A stretch of 64,000 bases of DNA, from the NCBI GenBank assembly GCA_965226775.1, contig CBDDEI010000002.1:2082467-2146466 (forward strand). The letters are read 5' to 3'. The stretch is from Dehalococcoidia bacterium. GTDB taxonomy: Bacteria > Chloroflexota > Dehalococcoidia > SHYD01. The notes under the pieces are model-generated. The model saw only the letters and a list, made by a program, of their open reading frames with translations, searched no databases and was not told the origin of the DNA. This document shows, in pieces, positions 45,950 through 56,034 of the stretch. Position numbers and translations under genes: made by a program. Position 1 is the stretch's first letter. Each line of letters opens with the position of its first letter.

Positions 45950-47487
45950 AGGTCGTTACCATAGCCCAGATGCGTGCCTTGGAGGAGCACGCCTTCCAGG
46001 AGGGGATGTCATCACCCATGCTTATGGAACGGGCGGGGCTAGAGACGGCCCGCGGTGTGCGTGACCAGCTCGGCGGGGCAGCCGGACGGCGCATAGTGGT
46101 GCTGGTTGGGCCCGGCAACAACGGCGGCGATGCCCTGGTGGCCGCGCGCTATCTCTCCGACTGGGGTGCGCTCCCCCACCTCTTTCTCCTGACCGCCCGC
46201 GCAGCCTCCGACTCCAACTTCCAGGCCACCCAAGAGCGTCGTATTCCTGCAACCCTTGCCGGCGACTCCACTTATCTCCCTGCGTTGCAACACGCGCTAC
46301 GTCAAGGCGAGGCCGTGCTGGACGGCGTTCTGGGCATTGGCAGCGAGCGCCCGTTGGAAGGCATCTTCAAGGAGACGCTGGAGTTAGTCCGTCAGGGCAA
46401 GGCACAGCGGCCCAGCCTGCAGCTCATCGCCGTAGATGTGCCCACAGGGCTGGGCGCAGACACCGGCGCCGCCGACCCCAGCGCCTTTCCCGCAGATACT
46501 ACTATCTCCCTCGGTGCGCCTAAGCGCGGCCTCTTTGCATTTCCCGGCGCAGCTCTGGTGGGGCGATTGCTTACCGCGGACATTGGTCTACCGCCGGAAT
46601 GGAGCGCAGACCTTCCCGTGACGCTGCTGACGGCGGCGTACGCCCGCAGCCTGCTCCCCGGCCGCTCTCTGGACGCCAACAAGGGCACCTTTGGCCGTGT
46701 GCTGGTAGTGGCCGGGTCGAGCAACTACCCAGGGGCGGCTATCCTGGCCTGTCGCGGCGCAACCCGCGCCGGCGCCGGCTTGGTGACGCTGGCTGCGCCA
46801 CCGTCTGCGATAGACGCCGTGGTTGCGGCCATGCCAGAGACCACCTATCTCCCGCTCTCGGATGCGCCATCGAGCGATGTGAAGGCCCTGCTCACTGCGA
46901 GCAGCTACGACGCACTTCTTGTGGGCTGCGGTCTTGGCGCACAGCCCGCCTCGAACGCGCTGGTCTCCGGCCTCTTATTGGATAACCCGGACCTGCCACC
47001 CAGTCTGGTCATTGACGCCGACGGCCTGAACATTCTGGCGGGCATCCCTGAATGGTGGAGGCGTCTCAGCCGCCCCGCCGTTATCACGCCACACCCAGGA
47101 GAGATGGCGCGCCTGTTGAACACCACCATACCGGCTGTGCAGCAAGACCGCATCGCCACGGCTACTAGCGCCGCGCAGTCATGGGGCTGCGTAGTGGTGC
47201 TCAAGGGCGCCCACACGGTCATCGCAGCGCCGGACGGGCAGTCCTTGGTCAGCCCCTTTGCCAACCCCGCGCTGGCAACCGCGGGCACGGGCGACGTGCT
47301 GGCGGGCGCACTCGCCGGCCTGCTGGCCCAGGGCGCTTCACCCTTTGACGCGGCGGGCGCAGCGGTCTACGCCCACGGCCTCGCCGGAGAGCGCTTCTTC
47401 CAAACCCACGGCAATGCGGGCCTGCTCGCGTCTGAACTGGCATCGCTGCTGCCCGACGCGCTCACCGCCATGCGGCAGGGGACTTAG
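45946..47487 (+). CDS. nnr: Bifunctional NAD(P)H-hydrate repair enzyme (epimerase plus ADP-dependent dehydratase)
   Basis: YjeF-N (VLVGPGNNGGDALVAARYL) and YjeF-C carbohydrate-kinase domain (GTGDVLAG). Confidence 0.85.
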   Translation: MKVVTIAQMRALEEHAFQEGMSSPMLMERAGLETARGVRDQLGGAAGRRIVVLVGPGNNGGDALVAARYLSDWGALPHLFLLTARAASDSNFQATQERRIPATLAGDSTYLPALQHALRQGEAVLDGVLGIGSERPLEGIFKETLELVRQGKAQRPSLQLIAVDVPTGLGADTGAADPSAFPADTTISLGAPKRGLFAFPGAALVGRLLTADIGLPPEWSADLPVTLLTAAYARSLLPGRSLDANKGTFGRVLVVAGSSNYPGAAILACRGATRAGAGLVTLAAPPSAIDAVVAAMPETTYLPLSDAPSSDVKALLTASSYDALLVGCGLGAQPASNALVSGLLLDNPDLPPSLVIDADGLNILAGIPEWWRRLSRPAVITPHPGEMARLLNTTIPAVQQDRIATATSAAQSWGCVVVLKGAHTVIAAPDGQSLVSPFANPALATAGTGDVLAGALAGLLAQGASPFDAAGAAVYAHGLAGERFFQTHGNAGLLASELASLLPDALTAMRQGT

Positions 47488-47491
47488 TAGC

Positions 47492-48079
47492 GTGATCGCC
47501 GGACTACTGTTGGCCGCGGGCGAGTCCCGTCGCATGGGTTCACCCAAGCCGCTGCTGGACTGGCATGGCCGCCCGCTGGTGCAACATCAGGTGCGGGAGC
47601 TGCGGCGCGGCGGCTGCGACCTCGTGGTGGTGGTGCTAGGCCATCAGGCGGGCCGAGTGGAGTCCTTTGTCCAAGCATCCCAGGCGCAAGTAGTCTACAA
47701 CGCCGACTATCGGGAGGGCAGGGCAAGCTCGGTGCGGGCGGGCGCTCAAGCACTGCCGGGCAACCTGGACTGGATTGTAGTGCTGGGCGTTGATCAGCCT
47801 CGCCCTGCAGGAGTCGTTGCCACCATAGTCAAGGCGGCGCGCCAGAGCGATGCCAGCATCCTGCTACCGGTCTACCAGGGACGCCACGGCCACCCCACGC
47901 TGTTCTCGGGGCGTCTCCTGGCGGAGATGGCGCAGGTGCAGGACGAGACCCTCGGCCTGCGGGCGGTCGTTCGCCGCCACGAATCCGAGTTGCGGGATGT
48001 GCCCGTGGACACCGGTGCAGTGTTGCTGGACCTCAACACACCCCAGGACTACACACGAGCCCTTGCATCAAGTCGGTAG
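47492..48079 (+). CDS. MobA-like nucleotidyltransferase (molybdenum cofactor cytidylyl/guanylyltransferase family)
   Basis: VIAGLLLAAGESRRMGSPKPLL N-terminal signature. GTG start directly after the nnr stop. The track ORF 47258.. carries an artefactual upstream extension. Confidence 0.7.
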   Translation: MIAGLLLAAGESRRMGSPKPLLDWHGRPLVQHQVRELRRGGCDLVVVVLGHQAGRVESFVQASQAQVVYNADYREGRASSVRAGAQALPGNLDWIVVLGVDQPRPAGVVATIVKAARQSDASILLPVYQGRHGHPTLFSGRLLAEMAQVQDETLGLRAVVRRHESELRDVPVDTGAVLLDLNTPQDYTRALASSR

Positions 48080-48129
48080 AAAGCTGCCGTCAAGCAGAAG
48101 CGTCATGCAACCATCTCTATTGGGAAGTT

Positions 48130-48175
48130 CAGAGGGGTAGTCCCTCTGACAGAGGTTCTAGGGGGCATCTCCCCC
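48130..48175 (+). terminator. Two tandem GC hairpins downstream of the MobA-like gene (candidate terminator)
   Basis: CAGAGGG-gtagt-CCCTCTG and GGGGG-catct-CCCCC, followed by ATAGTATTT. Confidence 0.3.
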
Positions 48176-48243
48176 ATAGTATTTCGATAATCTACTCCTT
48201 GAACCCCATTGACGGAGTTGGGAGTGATACAAGGACGAAAATT

Positions 48244-48900
48244 ATGGCAATTAGAGTCTTTTCAGATATAGGCCCCTTTGGCAACAACGTCTACTTGGTC
48301 TGGGACGAGGTCAGCAAGGAGACTATGGTTGTGGACACCTCCCTGGGCAGTGAGCGCGTGTGGGACGTCATCCAGCAAGAAGGGCTGACGTTAAGCTGCA
48401 TTCTCAACACCCACGGCCACCTGGACCACCTGATCAACAACGCCTACTTCAAGGGTAAAGCGCCCGGCGCGGGGCTGATCCTGCACAAGGACGACCTCTT
48501 CCTGCTGGAGGGCATGGTGGAGGATGCCAAGCGCTGGGGGGTGAACGTTGCGCCCTCTCCTGCGCCCGACCGCTTCATTGAGGGCGGTCAGCAGATCACG
48601 CTGGGCGAAACCCACTTCCAGGTGCTCCACACGCCCGGCCATACGCCCGGCAGCGTGTCCGTCTACGGCGAGGGCTGGGTGATTGCGGGCGATACGCTCT
48701 TCCAGGGCGCAATCGGCCGCTGCGACCTGCCGGGCGGGGATATGCCTCAGCTGCTGACTTCTATCCGGGAGCAGTTGTTAACGCTGCCGCCGGACACTAC
48801 GGTCTACCCCGGACACGGCGCTAAGACAACCATCGGCGACGAACTAGTCGATAACCCCTACCTCCAGGAAAGCTTCCTCAAGCGTGTAGGGCTGGCGTAG
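48244..48900 (+). CDS. MBL-fold metallo-hydrolase (glyoxalase II-like)
   Basis: THGHLDH motif. The ATG at 48244 fits the family N-terminus (MAIRVFSD..). Confidence 0.8.
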   Translation: MAIRVFSDIGPFGNNVYLVWDEVSKETMVVDTSLGSERVWDVIQQEGLTLSCILNTHGHLDHLINNAYFKGKAPGAGLILHKDDLFLLEGMVEDAKRWGVNVAPSPAPDRFIEGGQQITLGETHFQVLHTPGHTPGSVSVYGEGWVIAGDTLFQGAIGRCDLPGGDMPQLLTSIREQLLTLPPDTTVYPGHGAKTTIGDELVDNPYLQESFLKRVGLA

Positions 48901-49002
48901 CATACCCGCAACATTGCTTGCGGCTTCGCCGTGCCCTTTGGTCCCATACAACAAGAAATGGGAACGCCCGGAAGCCACGCCCTCTGCAAGCCTCTGTAGG
49001 CT

Positions 49003-49605
49003 TTAGAAATCCAGCCCTGGCTGCGCCTTGATCCCCTGCTTGTAGGGGTGCTTTACCTCTCGCATCTCGGTAACCAGGTCGGCGTACTCGGTAAGCGCCG
49101 GGTCGGCCTTACGGCCGGTCAGGATGACGTGCAGGTGCGGGGGCCGCGCCCGCAATGCTTCTAAGACTTCCTCAACAGGGACCCAGCCGTAGGTGATGGG
49201 GTAGGTGATCTCGTCCAGCACCACCACCTGATACTCCGGTGCTTGCAGTTTCTCCTTGGCCGCATCCCAGGCCTCGCGCGCCAGCGCCTTATCCCGCTCG
49301 ATGTCCTTGGAGAGCCAGGTAAAGCCGCCGCCCAGGCTGATGATCTCGATGTCCAGCTTGCGGGCTGCGTGGTGCTCACCATACATGCTCGTGCTCTGCT
49401 TGATGAACTGTACGATGACCACCTTCATGCCCCGGCCCCACGCGCGGAACACCACGCCTAGCGCTGCGGTGGTCTTGCCCTTGCCGTCGCCGGTGTTGAC
49501 GACTACCAGGCCCCGACGCGTCGAGCCGCCTTCGGAGATACTACGGCGGCCCTGGGTTTCGTCTTGGGCCGCCGCTTCTTGCTCTGGGTGTGGCTCTTGT
49601 GTCAC
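49003..49605 (-). CDS. cobO: Cob(I)yrinic acid a,c-diamide adenosyltransferase (CobO/BtuR type)
   Basis: GDGKGKTTAALG P-loop. VVLDEITYP. Confidence 0.8.
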   Translation of the reverse strand: MTQEPHPEQEAAAQDETQGRRSISEGGSTRRGLVVVNTGDGKGKTTAALGVVFRAWGRGMKVVIVQFIKQSTSMYGEHHAARKLDIEIISLGGGFTWLSKDIERDKALAREAWDAAKEKLQAPEYQVVVLDEITYPITYGWVPVEEVLEALRARPPHLHVILTGRKADPALTEYADLVTEMREVKHPYKQGIKAQPGLDF

Positions 49606-50678
49606 GGAAGAAGGTCTCGCTGTTTGAGCAGCTCTCCTACGAGCACCGCGCCCTTGGCGGCGCCCATCTTGGTGTTATGGGAGAGGAGCACGTACTTGAT
49701 GCCGTTGTCCAGCGCGCCATCCTCTCGTATGCGACCCACTACCGTCGCCATGCCGTCTTCGGTGTCGCGGTCAAGACGAGGCTGCGGACGGAAAGGGTCG
49801 TCGCTCACGACAATCATATGCTCAGGCGCGGAGGGCAACCCTAGCGGCTGCAGCACCGGCGCGTAGGACTCCATCACCGCACGGATGTCGGCCACGCTAG
49901 CCGGGCGCTCGGTAGAGAGGAAGACCGTCTCCGTGTGGCCGTCCATCACATTGACCCGGGTGCAGGTGCAGCTGATACGAAAGTCCGCGTCAGCAATAGC
50001 GCCTTCTCCCAAGCGGCCCAGGATCTTCTTGCTCTCTAGCTCAACTCGCTGCTCTTCATTGGGGATGTAGGGAATTACATTGTCCAGAATATCTAAGCCC
50101 AGCACGCCGCCGGCACGGCCCGCGCCAGACATAGCCTGCATGGAGGTCATGAGCACTTGGCGCACCCCAAAAGCGTCCATGATGGGGCGCATGGTCACCG
50201 CCAGGCCGGTGGTGGTGCAGTTGGGCTGGGTAACGATGTAACCATGCCAGCCGCGCTCTCTCCGTTGCCGCTCAATCAAGGATGTGTGGTCGTCATTAAC
50301 ACCGGGGATGAGCACCGGCACGTCCGGTTCGTCTCTAAATGATCGCGCAGTGCTGATGACTACGGCATGCTTAGCAAAACGGGGCTCCAGCTCCTTTGCG
50401 GCCGCCGTCTCCAATCCGGAGAAGTAGATATCTGCCTCGGTGCCGTCCAGCTTGTCGGCCTCTACCACGGGCATCTCTAGGACATCCTTATCCGGAGCTT
50501 CGTCGCAATACCAATGCGTTGCGCCGGAAGGATCACGCAGCGCATCCTTGTAGCTCTTGCCGGCGGAGCGTTCGGATGCGGCGAGTAGTGAAAGCTGGAA
50601 CCAGGGGTGCTTTTGGAGGGCCACCACAAACTGCTGGCCTACTACTCCGGTGGCACCAATGACTGCGGCGCGAAGCAT
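49602..50678 (-). CDS. asd: Aspartate-semialdehyde dehydrogenase
   Basis: GATGVVGQ, LAASERSAGK, NCTT, VGRIR blocks. Confidence 0.85.
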   Translation of the reverse strand: MLRAAVIGATGVVGQQFVVALQKHPWFQLSLLAASERSAGKSYKDALRDPSGATHWYCDEAPDKDVLEMPVVEADKLDGTEADIYFSGLETAAAKELEPRFAKHAVVISTARSFRDEPDVPVLIPGVNDDHTSLIERQRRERGWHGYIVTQPNCTTTGLAVTMRPIMDAFGVRQVLMTSMQAMSGAGRAGGVLGLDILDNVIPYIPNEEQRVELESKKILGRLGEGAIADADFRISCTCTRVNVMDGHTETVFLSTERPASVADIRAVMESYAPVLQPLGLPSAPEHMIVVSDDPFRPQPRLDRDTEDGMATVVGRIREDGALDNGIKYVLLSHNTKMGAAKGAVLVGELLKQRDLLP

Positions 50679-50810
50679 GGGTATGGGTATCCTTTCGATG
50701 AAAAGTTGAAACTATAGGCGAGAACGCCTAACAATTATAGCATCACTTAGGCGCTACGGGGAGACGTGTTGCGGCTGACAATGGGGCAGTCGATACAGCC
50801 GAGTTCCCGA

Positions 50811-51536
50811 TCATGGCCTCGGCGGGCTGATGTTCTGCGCCACGCTAACGTTACGGGGCAACGGATCCTCCATGAGCAGCGCCCGCCGCGGCGTGAAGGG
50901 TAGCGTGATGATGTAGCTGCTAGCCGTGTTCGTGGAGCTACTAGCCGTGTTCGCGGAGATGTACCAAAACCCGGAGCGAGGCCGCCCGCCGTCATTCAGC
51001 GTATCGGGGTCGGAGAAGGGGATGTCCGCCGATTTCCGGGTAGGCAACTCCACGATCGTGAAGTGGAGATGCGGCGAGCCACAGACATAGCCCGTCTTGC
51101 CGGTCACGGCCAACGCGTCTCCGGCCCTTACCGTTGCGCCTTCAAGCGGAACCACGCTCTGGGGAGCTAGGTGCCTGTAGATCGATCCGTACCCATCGCC
51201 GTGGTCCAGCACCACATAGTTGTCCTGCCCTGAAGAAGCAGGATCGCAGTCGGGGCTGGTGGGGTAGTCTTCCTCCAGCTCCACGACCGTCCCGTCACTA
51301 CTGGCGAGTACGGTGAAGGTGCCATCGCCGGTGGGCGCGGGGGCAAAGTCGTAAGCATACTTGGAGTAATAGCTCTGGTGCGTGCCTTGGGCCTGTCCCT
51401 GGAAGACGTACATCCGCTGACCTGCTTCCCAGGGCAGCAGGAACACCGGCGCTGCGACCGCTGAACGGAGACCGGCTCCCCCAGACAACGCCGTAAGAGC
51501 CAGTAAGAGAAGGCCGGCGGCTCCCGCTACGCGCAA
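50811..51536 (-). CDS. M23-family metallopeptidase (secreted)
   Basis: Signal peptide. HxxxD...HLH zinc ligands (VVLDHGDGYGSIYRHL, SPHLHFT). Confidence 0.75.
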   Translation of the reverse strand: MRVAGAAGLLLLALTALSGGAGLRSAVAAPVFLLPWEAGQRMYVFQGQAQGTHQSYYSKYAYDFAPAPTGDGTFTVLASSDGTVVELEEDYPTSPDCDPASSGQDNYVVLDHGDGYGSIYRHLAPQSVVPLEGATVRAGDALAVTGKTGYVCGSPHLHFTIVELPTRKSADIPFSDPDTLNDGGRPRSGFWYISANTASSSTNTASSYIITLPFTPRRALLMEDPLPRNVSVAQNISPPRP

Positions 51537-51669
51537 GAAACCCGGCCATTTTCGCCAGGCGCCATTCTTAACTTGCCGTGGTTGTGCCCCTATGGCTACC
51601 CCCTCAAACGCGCGCAGGTTGCCTCATTTGTTCTAACGGGGATAGGGGAAAGAAGTTTCGGAAGGGGCG

Positions 51670-52248
51670 CTAGGCGTCTTGCTGCGCCTGTTGCGGCTCG
51701 GGAGCAAGAAGCTCCATGTGGATGAAGAGATAACCGTTACGCATGACTTCCCGCACCGGTGTAAAGCCAGCCTTCATGAAGGACTTCTGGGCCCGCACGT
51801 TCCACTTGAGGGTATGCAGATAGATGCGCTTCAGGCCGCGCTCGCTGAAGAGGTAGTCAGTGAAGAGCGTGATGGCTTCCGTGCCGTAGCCCTGGCCCCA
51901 GTAGTCCTTCCGGCCAATCATGATGCCGAGCTCTGCTTCCGCCCGATACTCTTGGTAGTCATAGAACATGCAGTTGCCAATGTGGTCGCCTGTCCTAATA
52001 TCCTCGATGGAGAGATTGAGCTGCCGCGGATAGGGGTGCCCCAAGTCACGCTCCAAGATGCGCTTAAAATCCGCACGCGACATGCGCAGCGCCGGCACGG
52101 CGTCGAAGGTCGCCAGCTCTGGGTCCGACCGCCAGTCGAAATCGTCGTCGGCGTCGTCCAGCCGTTTCTCTCGTAGCACTATTTGCTCGCCAACCAGGCG
52201 GATGGGGGTGCCATCACTGATGGGCGCGGGGTCCGGACGAGCGCTCAT
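51670..52248 (-). CDS. GNAT-family N-acetyltransferase
   Basis: Acetyl-CoA binding block (WGQGYGTEA). Confidence 0.7.
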   Translation of the reverse strand: MSARPDPAPISDGTPIRLVGEQIVLREKRLDDADDDFDWRSDPELATFDAVPALRMSRADFKRILERDLGHPYPRQLNLSIEDIRTGDHIGNCMFYDYQEYRAEAELGIMIGRKDYWGQGYGTEAITLFTDYLFSERGLKRIYLHTLKWNVRAQKSFMKAGFTPVREVMRNGYLFIHMELLAPEPQQAQQDA

Positions 52249-52760
52249 GGCTGCTCTTCGTTACCGGGTGAAGACTCGGGCGCGGGTGGATCCTCGTCTG
52301 GCAGAGGCTGGCCGGTCAGCGCTTCGTAGGCCTTCCTAACGATATTCACCTCATTGGGATAGCTCATAGTAGCCATTGCATCTCGGATGGGGAACCAGCG
52401 CACCTCATCAAATTCGTGGTCATGCAAAGAGATATTGCCGCCGCAAGGACGCATCAAGTAGTGGTGCACCGTCTTGTCGCAACGGGTATTGTCCTGCGTG
52501 CGCATGAAGAAGTAGCGGATGGCTCCCAGCTCGCTCTCAATCTCCACCTGCACGCCTGTCTCCTCGTTCACCTCACGCCGAGCGGTCTCCTGAATAGCCT
52601 CGCCGGGATTGGGCGTCCCTTTAGGCAGCGCCCAGAGGAGCGGCTGGTGGCGGCCGCAGAGCAAGATCTCTAGCTTCCCATCTCCGCGACGGTACACCAC
52701 CCCGCCGGCGGAGATCTGCCGCTCGTATTTTGGTCTACGGTTGGTGTTTTGCGAGGTCAT
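52245..52760 (-). CDS. NUDIX hydrolase
   Basis: Nudix box GEAIQETARREVNEETGV. Confidence 0.8.
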   Translation of the reverse strand: MTSQNTNRRPKYERQISAGGVVYRRGDGKLEILLCGRHQPLLWALPKGTPNPGEAIQETARREVNEETGVQVEIESELGAIRYFFMRTQDNTRCDKTVHHYLMRPCGGNISLHDHEFDEVRWFPIRDAMATMSYPNEVNIVRKAYEALTGQPLPDEDPPAPESSPGNEEQP

Positions 52761-53878
52761 TCGTTTTTCTTTAGAACTTGCTGCGGCGGGACAGCCTCAA
52801 CGCCCAAGGCTCCCGCTACCGCAGGATGGGTTACCACACCCTGGTAGGTGTTCAGCCCCAGGGCAATCGCCTGGTCTTGCGCCGCCTGCTCCAGGCCCGT
52901 GTCAGCAATCTGCGCTACGTAAGGATAACTCGCCGCGGCGTAGGCCTGGCTGGCGGTACGGGGCACCGCTCCCGGCATATTTATTACACAATAATGTACC
53001 ACGCCCTCATCAACGTAAGTGGGGTCGCTGTGGTGCGTGGGCCGGGCCGTCTCAATGCAGCCGCCCTGATCAATAGAAACGTCGATGATGACAGCGCCGG
53101 GCTGCATAGTCCGCACCATCTCGCGGGTCACCACAGAAGGCGTTTTAGCCCCCGGGACCAGCACTGCGCCCACCACCACATCGGCCACAGGCAGCGTATC
53201 CGCCAGCGCGACCTCGTTGGAGAGCATGGTTACCAGATTGCCGTGCAAGTTTTCCTGGAGATAGACCAGCCGGCGGTGGGAGCGGTCGAGCACTGTAACC
53301 TCTGCGCCCACGCCCAGGGCCATGCGAGCCGCGGCCGTGCCCACGCTGCCGCCGCCTACGACCACCACTTTGGCAGGCGACACGCCTACTACGCCCGGCA
53401 GCAGCTTGCCGATACCACCACCCGGCTTGGAGAGATAGTATGCGCCCACTTGCAGCGTCATCTTGCCCGCAATCTCGCTCATGGGCGAAAGCACCGGCAG
53501 CGCGCCGTCCGCGGTCTGCACCGTCTCAGCGGCAATGCTGTTCACCCGCTCCTTCAGCAACACCCTCGCAAGGTCTGCCTCTGCAGCCAGGTGAAAGAAG
53601 CAGAAGAGGTTCAGTCCGGCCCGAAAATAGGGATACTCTTCGGGTAGCGGCTGCTTTACCTTGACCACCAGTCCTGCCCGCTCCCAGACCTCTGCGGCGC
53701 TCTTAGCTATCTCCACGCCCTGCGTCTTGAAGCTGGAGTCTTCATGGCCTGCGCCTGCACCCGCGCCGGACTGGAGCAGCACCGTGTGGCCGCGCTTGAC
53801 CAGCAGGCCGCACACGCCGGGCGTGAGCCCCACGCGATACTCCTGATCCATCACTTCCTTGGGCACCCCAATAATCAT
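52757..53878 (-). CDS. ald: Alanine dehydrogenase
   Basis: MIIGVPKEV start. Rossmann motif VVVVGGGSVG. Track ORF start 53893 is 5 codons upstream. Confidence 0.85.
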   Translation of the reverse strand: MIIGVPKEVMDQEYRVGLTPGVCGLLVKRGHTVLLQSGAGAGAGHEDSSFKTQGVEIAKSAAEVWERAGLVVKVKQPLPEEYPYFRAGLNLFCFFHLAAEADLARVLLKERVNSIAAETVQTADGALPVLSPMSEIAGKMTLQVGAYYLSKPGGGIGKLLPGVVGVSPAKVVVVGGGSVGTAAARMALGVGAEVTVLDRSHRRLVYLQENLHGNLVTMLSNEVALADTLPVADVVVGAVLVPGAKTPSVVTREMVRTMQPGAVIIDVSIDQGGCIETARPTHHSDPTYVDEGVVHYCVINMPGAVPRTASQAYAAASYPYVAQIADTGLEQAAQDQAIALGLNTYQGVVTHPAVAGALGVEAVPPQQVLKKNE

Positions 53879-53949
53879 GGCGTTTCTACACAACTAGTAT
53901 GCGTGCTGACTCAATACTACTTGATGGCATTGCGCAGCAAACCTTGCGG

Positions 53950-54246
53950 CTAGAACTGGGTTAGCGAGAGCAGATTCCCGTCCGGGTCTTTGAACCAGGC
54001 CACTTGTGCGCCGCCCGGCACGCTCCAGACACCATCCTCGTCCTGAGGAAGAAACTCGTAGCGCTCAAAGACCACGTCTTGCTCTGTGAGACCACGTATA
54101 GTGGCGCGAATGTCATCCACGCGCCACCCTAGCGCGGTGTACGGCGTGGGCGACACTTGCTCCACTTTCTGAAGCCACAGCGTTGTCCCGTTGGCATTGA
54201 ACACCATCGCCCACTGCTCGTCGGACATCAGCTGCAACCCTAACAC
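53950..54246 (-). CDS. VOC (glyoxalase/bleomycin-resistance) fold protein; start uncertain
   Basis: Half a VOC domain lies downstream of GTG 54246. A VOC-like sequence continues in frame up to 54333 with no canonical start codon. Confidence 0.45.
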   Translation of the reverse strand: MLGLQLMSDEQWAMVFNANGTTLWLQKVEQVSPTPYTALGWRVDDIRATIRGLTEQDVVFERYEFLPQDEDGVWSVPGGAQVAWFKDPDGNLLSLTQF

Positions 54247-54342
54247 CTCCCCATAAAAGTGCTTGGCCTGCTCCGGGTTCTGGGTGGCGGCAAACGCGAT
54301 AAGACTACTTTTGTCTAGTATGCTACAACTCCGTTAGGGGAA

Positions 54343-55335
54343 CTAGCGGCTGGGCGCGGCTGCCTTCACAGGCACCGGCGTTAGCCAGTGGGCGTAGCGC
54401 TCATCTTTGCGTCGCACTACCTGCTCAAAGCGTTGCTCCAGCGTCTTGGTCAGGGGCCCCATTGCGCCCTCGCCCACCTTGTAGTGGTCGACGCTGCCTA
54501 CAGCGGCGATCTCCATTAACGTGCCGCAGAGGAAGACCTCGTCGGCCACGTAGAGCTCGGTGCGGTCCACCTCTCGCTCCTCCGTCGCCACGCCCATTTC
54601 ATGCAGCATCTCAATGAGACTGTCTCTGGTGATGCTCTCCAGGATGCCCTGTGTCTTGGCTGGCGTGATAGCGACACCGTTGCGAACGATGAACACGCAG
54701 GCGTAGGAGCCCTCGGCTACCTTGCCGCGGTCGTTGAGGATAAGCCCTATGTCGTGGCCGTGAAGCTGTGCCTCGTTGGAGACGTAGCGGCTGTTCTGGT
54801 AGTTGGTCACCGCCTTGGCCCGTGCGGGCATGACGTTATCGGAGATGCGCGCCCAGGAAGAGACGCCGCCGGACATGACCCGGCTTTTGCCCAGGTTGGA
54901 GGGCGCAGGCCGAGTGGTAATAAACACCTCGCTGGGGAAGCCGTCTGCAGGGAAGTAGCCGGGCACGCTGCGCCCCATGTACGCTAGGGGCTGGCAATAG
55001 GCGTCGTCCCGGTAGCCGTTGGCTTGGATCAGGGCCGCAATGGCAGCCTCAATATCCTGAGCCGAGTAGGTCTGCACCATACGCATGAACTTGATGGAGT
55101 CGGAAAATCGCCTCATGTGCTGGTCTAAGCGGAAGATGAGAAACTCCTCCCGCTCCGCATCCCAGTAGGCGCGGATGCCCTCGAACACCGCAGAGACGCC
55201 GGACCAGCCCACCATAGTGACGTGGACGTTCGCCTCCTCCCAGGGGGTAACTTTGCCGGCCCACCAGATATAGGGCGGGTGCTCCGGCGCGGCGCCCACG
55301 TTAGCGGCGTTTTGTTTGGGGTCTTGCGTAGTCAT
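54343..55335 (-). CDS. ilvE: Branched-chain amino acid aminotransferase (class IV PLP enzyme)
   Basis: FEGIRAY...E.R..L class IV aminotransferase blocks. 330 aa. Confidence 0.8.
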   Translation of the reverse strand: MTTQDPKQNAANVGAAPEHPPYIWWAGKVTPWEEANVHVTMVGWSGVSAVFEGIRAYWDAEREEFLIFRLDQHMRRFSDSIKFMRMVQTYSAQDIEAAIAALIQANGYRDDAYCQPLAYMGRSVPGYFPADGFPSEVFITTRPAPSNLGKSRVMSGGVSSWARISDNVMPARAKAVTNYQNSRYVSNEAQLHGHDIGLILNDRGKVAEGSYACVFIVRNGVAITPAKTQGILESITRDSLIEMLHEMGVATEEREVDRTELYVADEVFLCGTLMEIAAVGSVDHYKVGEGAMGPLTKTLEQRFEQVVRRKDERYAHWLTPVPVKAAAPSR

Positions 55336-55469
55336 AGTACGCCCGATTGTAGGCCCGCACCCGCGGCGCGGTCAATGCACAAGGGGCTTCCCCAAGCGAA
55401 AAAACCTAGTATTATATTCCCTGGCAGCATTACTATCTCTGCGCTATACCGGCGCCACACTAGGGTTGC

Positions 55470-56025
55470 ATGCAAGAGTTAAAAGCCACAGCCAACCGGC
55501 TGGAGTTGCCCGCAATAGCCACTGCGACGGGCCTCGGATTACTCACAGCGATTATCCTGGGAGGGACTATGTTCCTCTTGCTGTTGGGCTGTCTGATAGT
55601 CGGCTATGGCCTGCTCAAACTCTCCACTCTGCTTAAGGAGCGTCCCGTCACTGAACCCAGTCTGGGTGAGCGCTGCCACCGTTGCTGCCGGCGGCGACAT
55701 CACTGTGCGCTGCGAGCTTCGTCCCAGGCCGGGCACTGCGATTCGGCAGGTGGCCATTGGTCTGGAAGGGATAACCGCTCACCAGTCACGGCGCAAGGTG
55801 GGCGACATCGACCTTGCAAAGCACAAGCGATCAGAGATAGTGGTTCCACAGGACGACGCGCCCGGTAGCTCCGCCGCTGAGGTTTCCCTCAACGTCCCCT
55901 TTGACGCACTCCCAACCGTGCAGGGGGCGAACTACCGCTGGTATGTCACCCTGCGCGTCTCTACCGGCCAGTGGCCGAGTGCGCTCAACCGCCGCTATGA
56001 GATAGACGTGCGCCCTCACGCCTGA
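55470..56025 (+). CDS. Hypothetical membrane-anchored protein, probably frameshifted (about 55640-55665)
   Basis: ORF 55470.. gives the TM helices. ORF 55606..56025 gives a beta-rich domain. The two overlap in different frames. Confidence 0.35.
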
Positions 56026-56034
56026 GGTCTGCAG

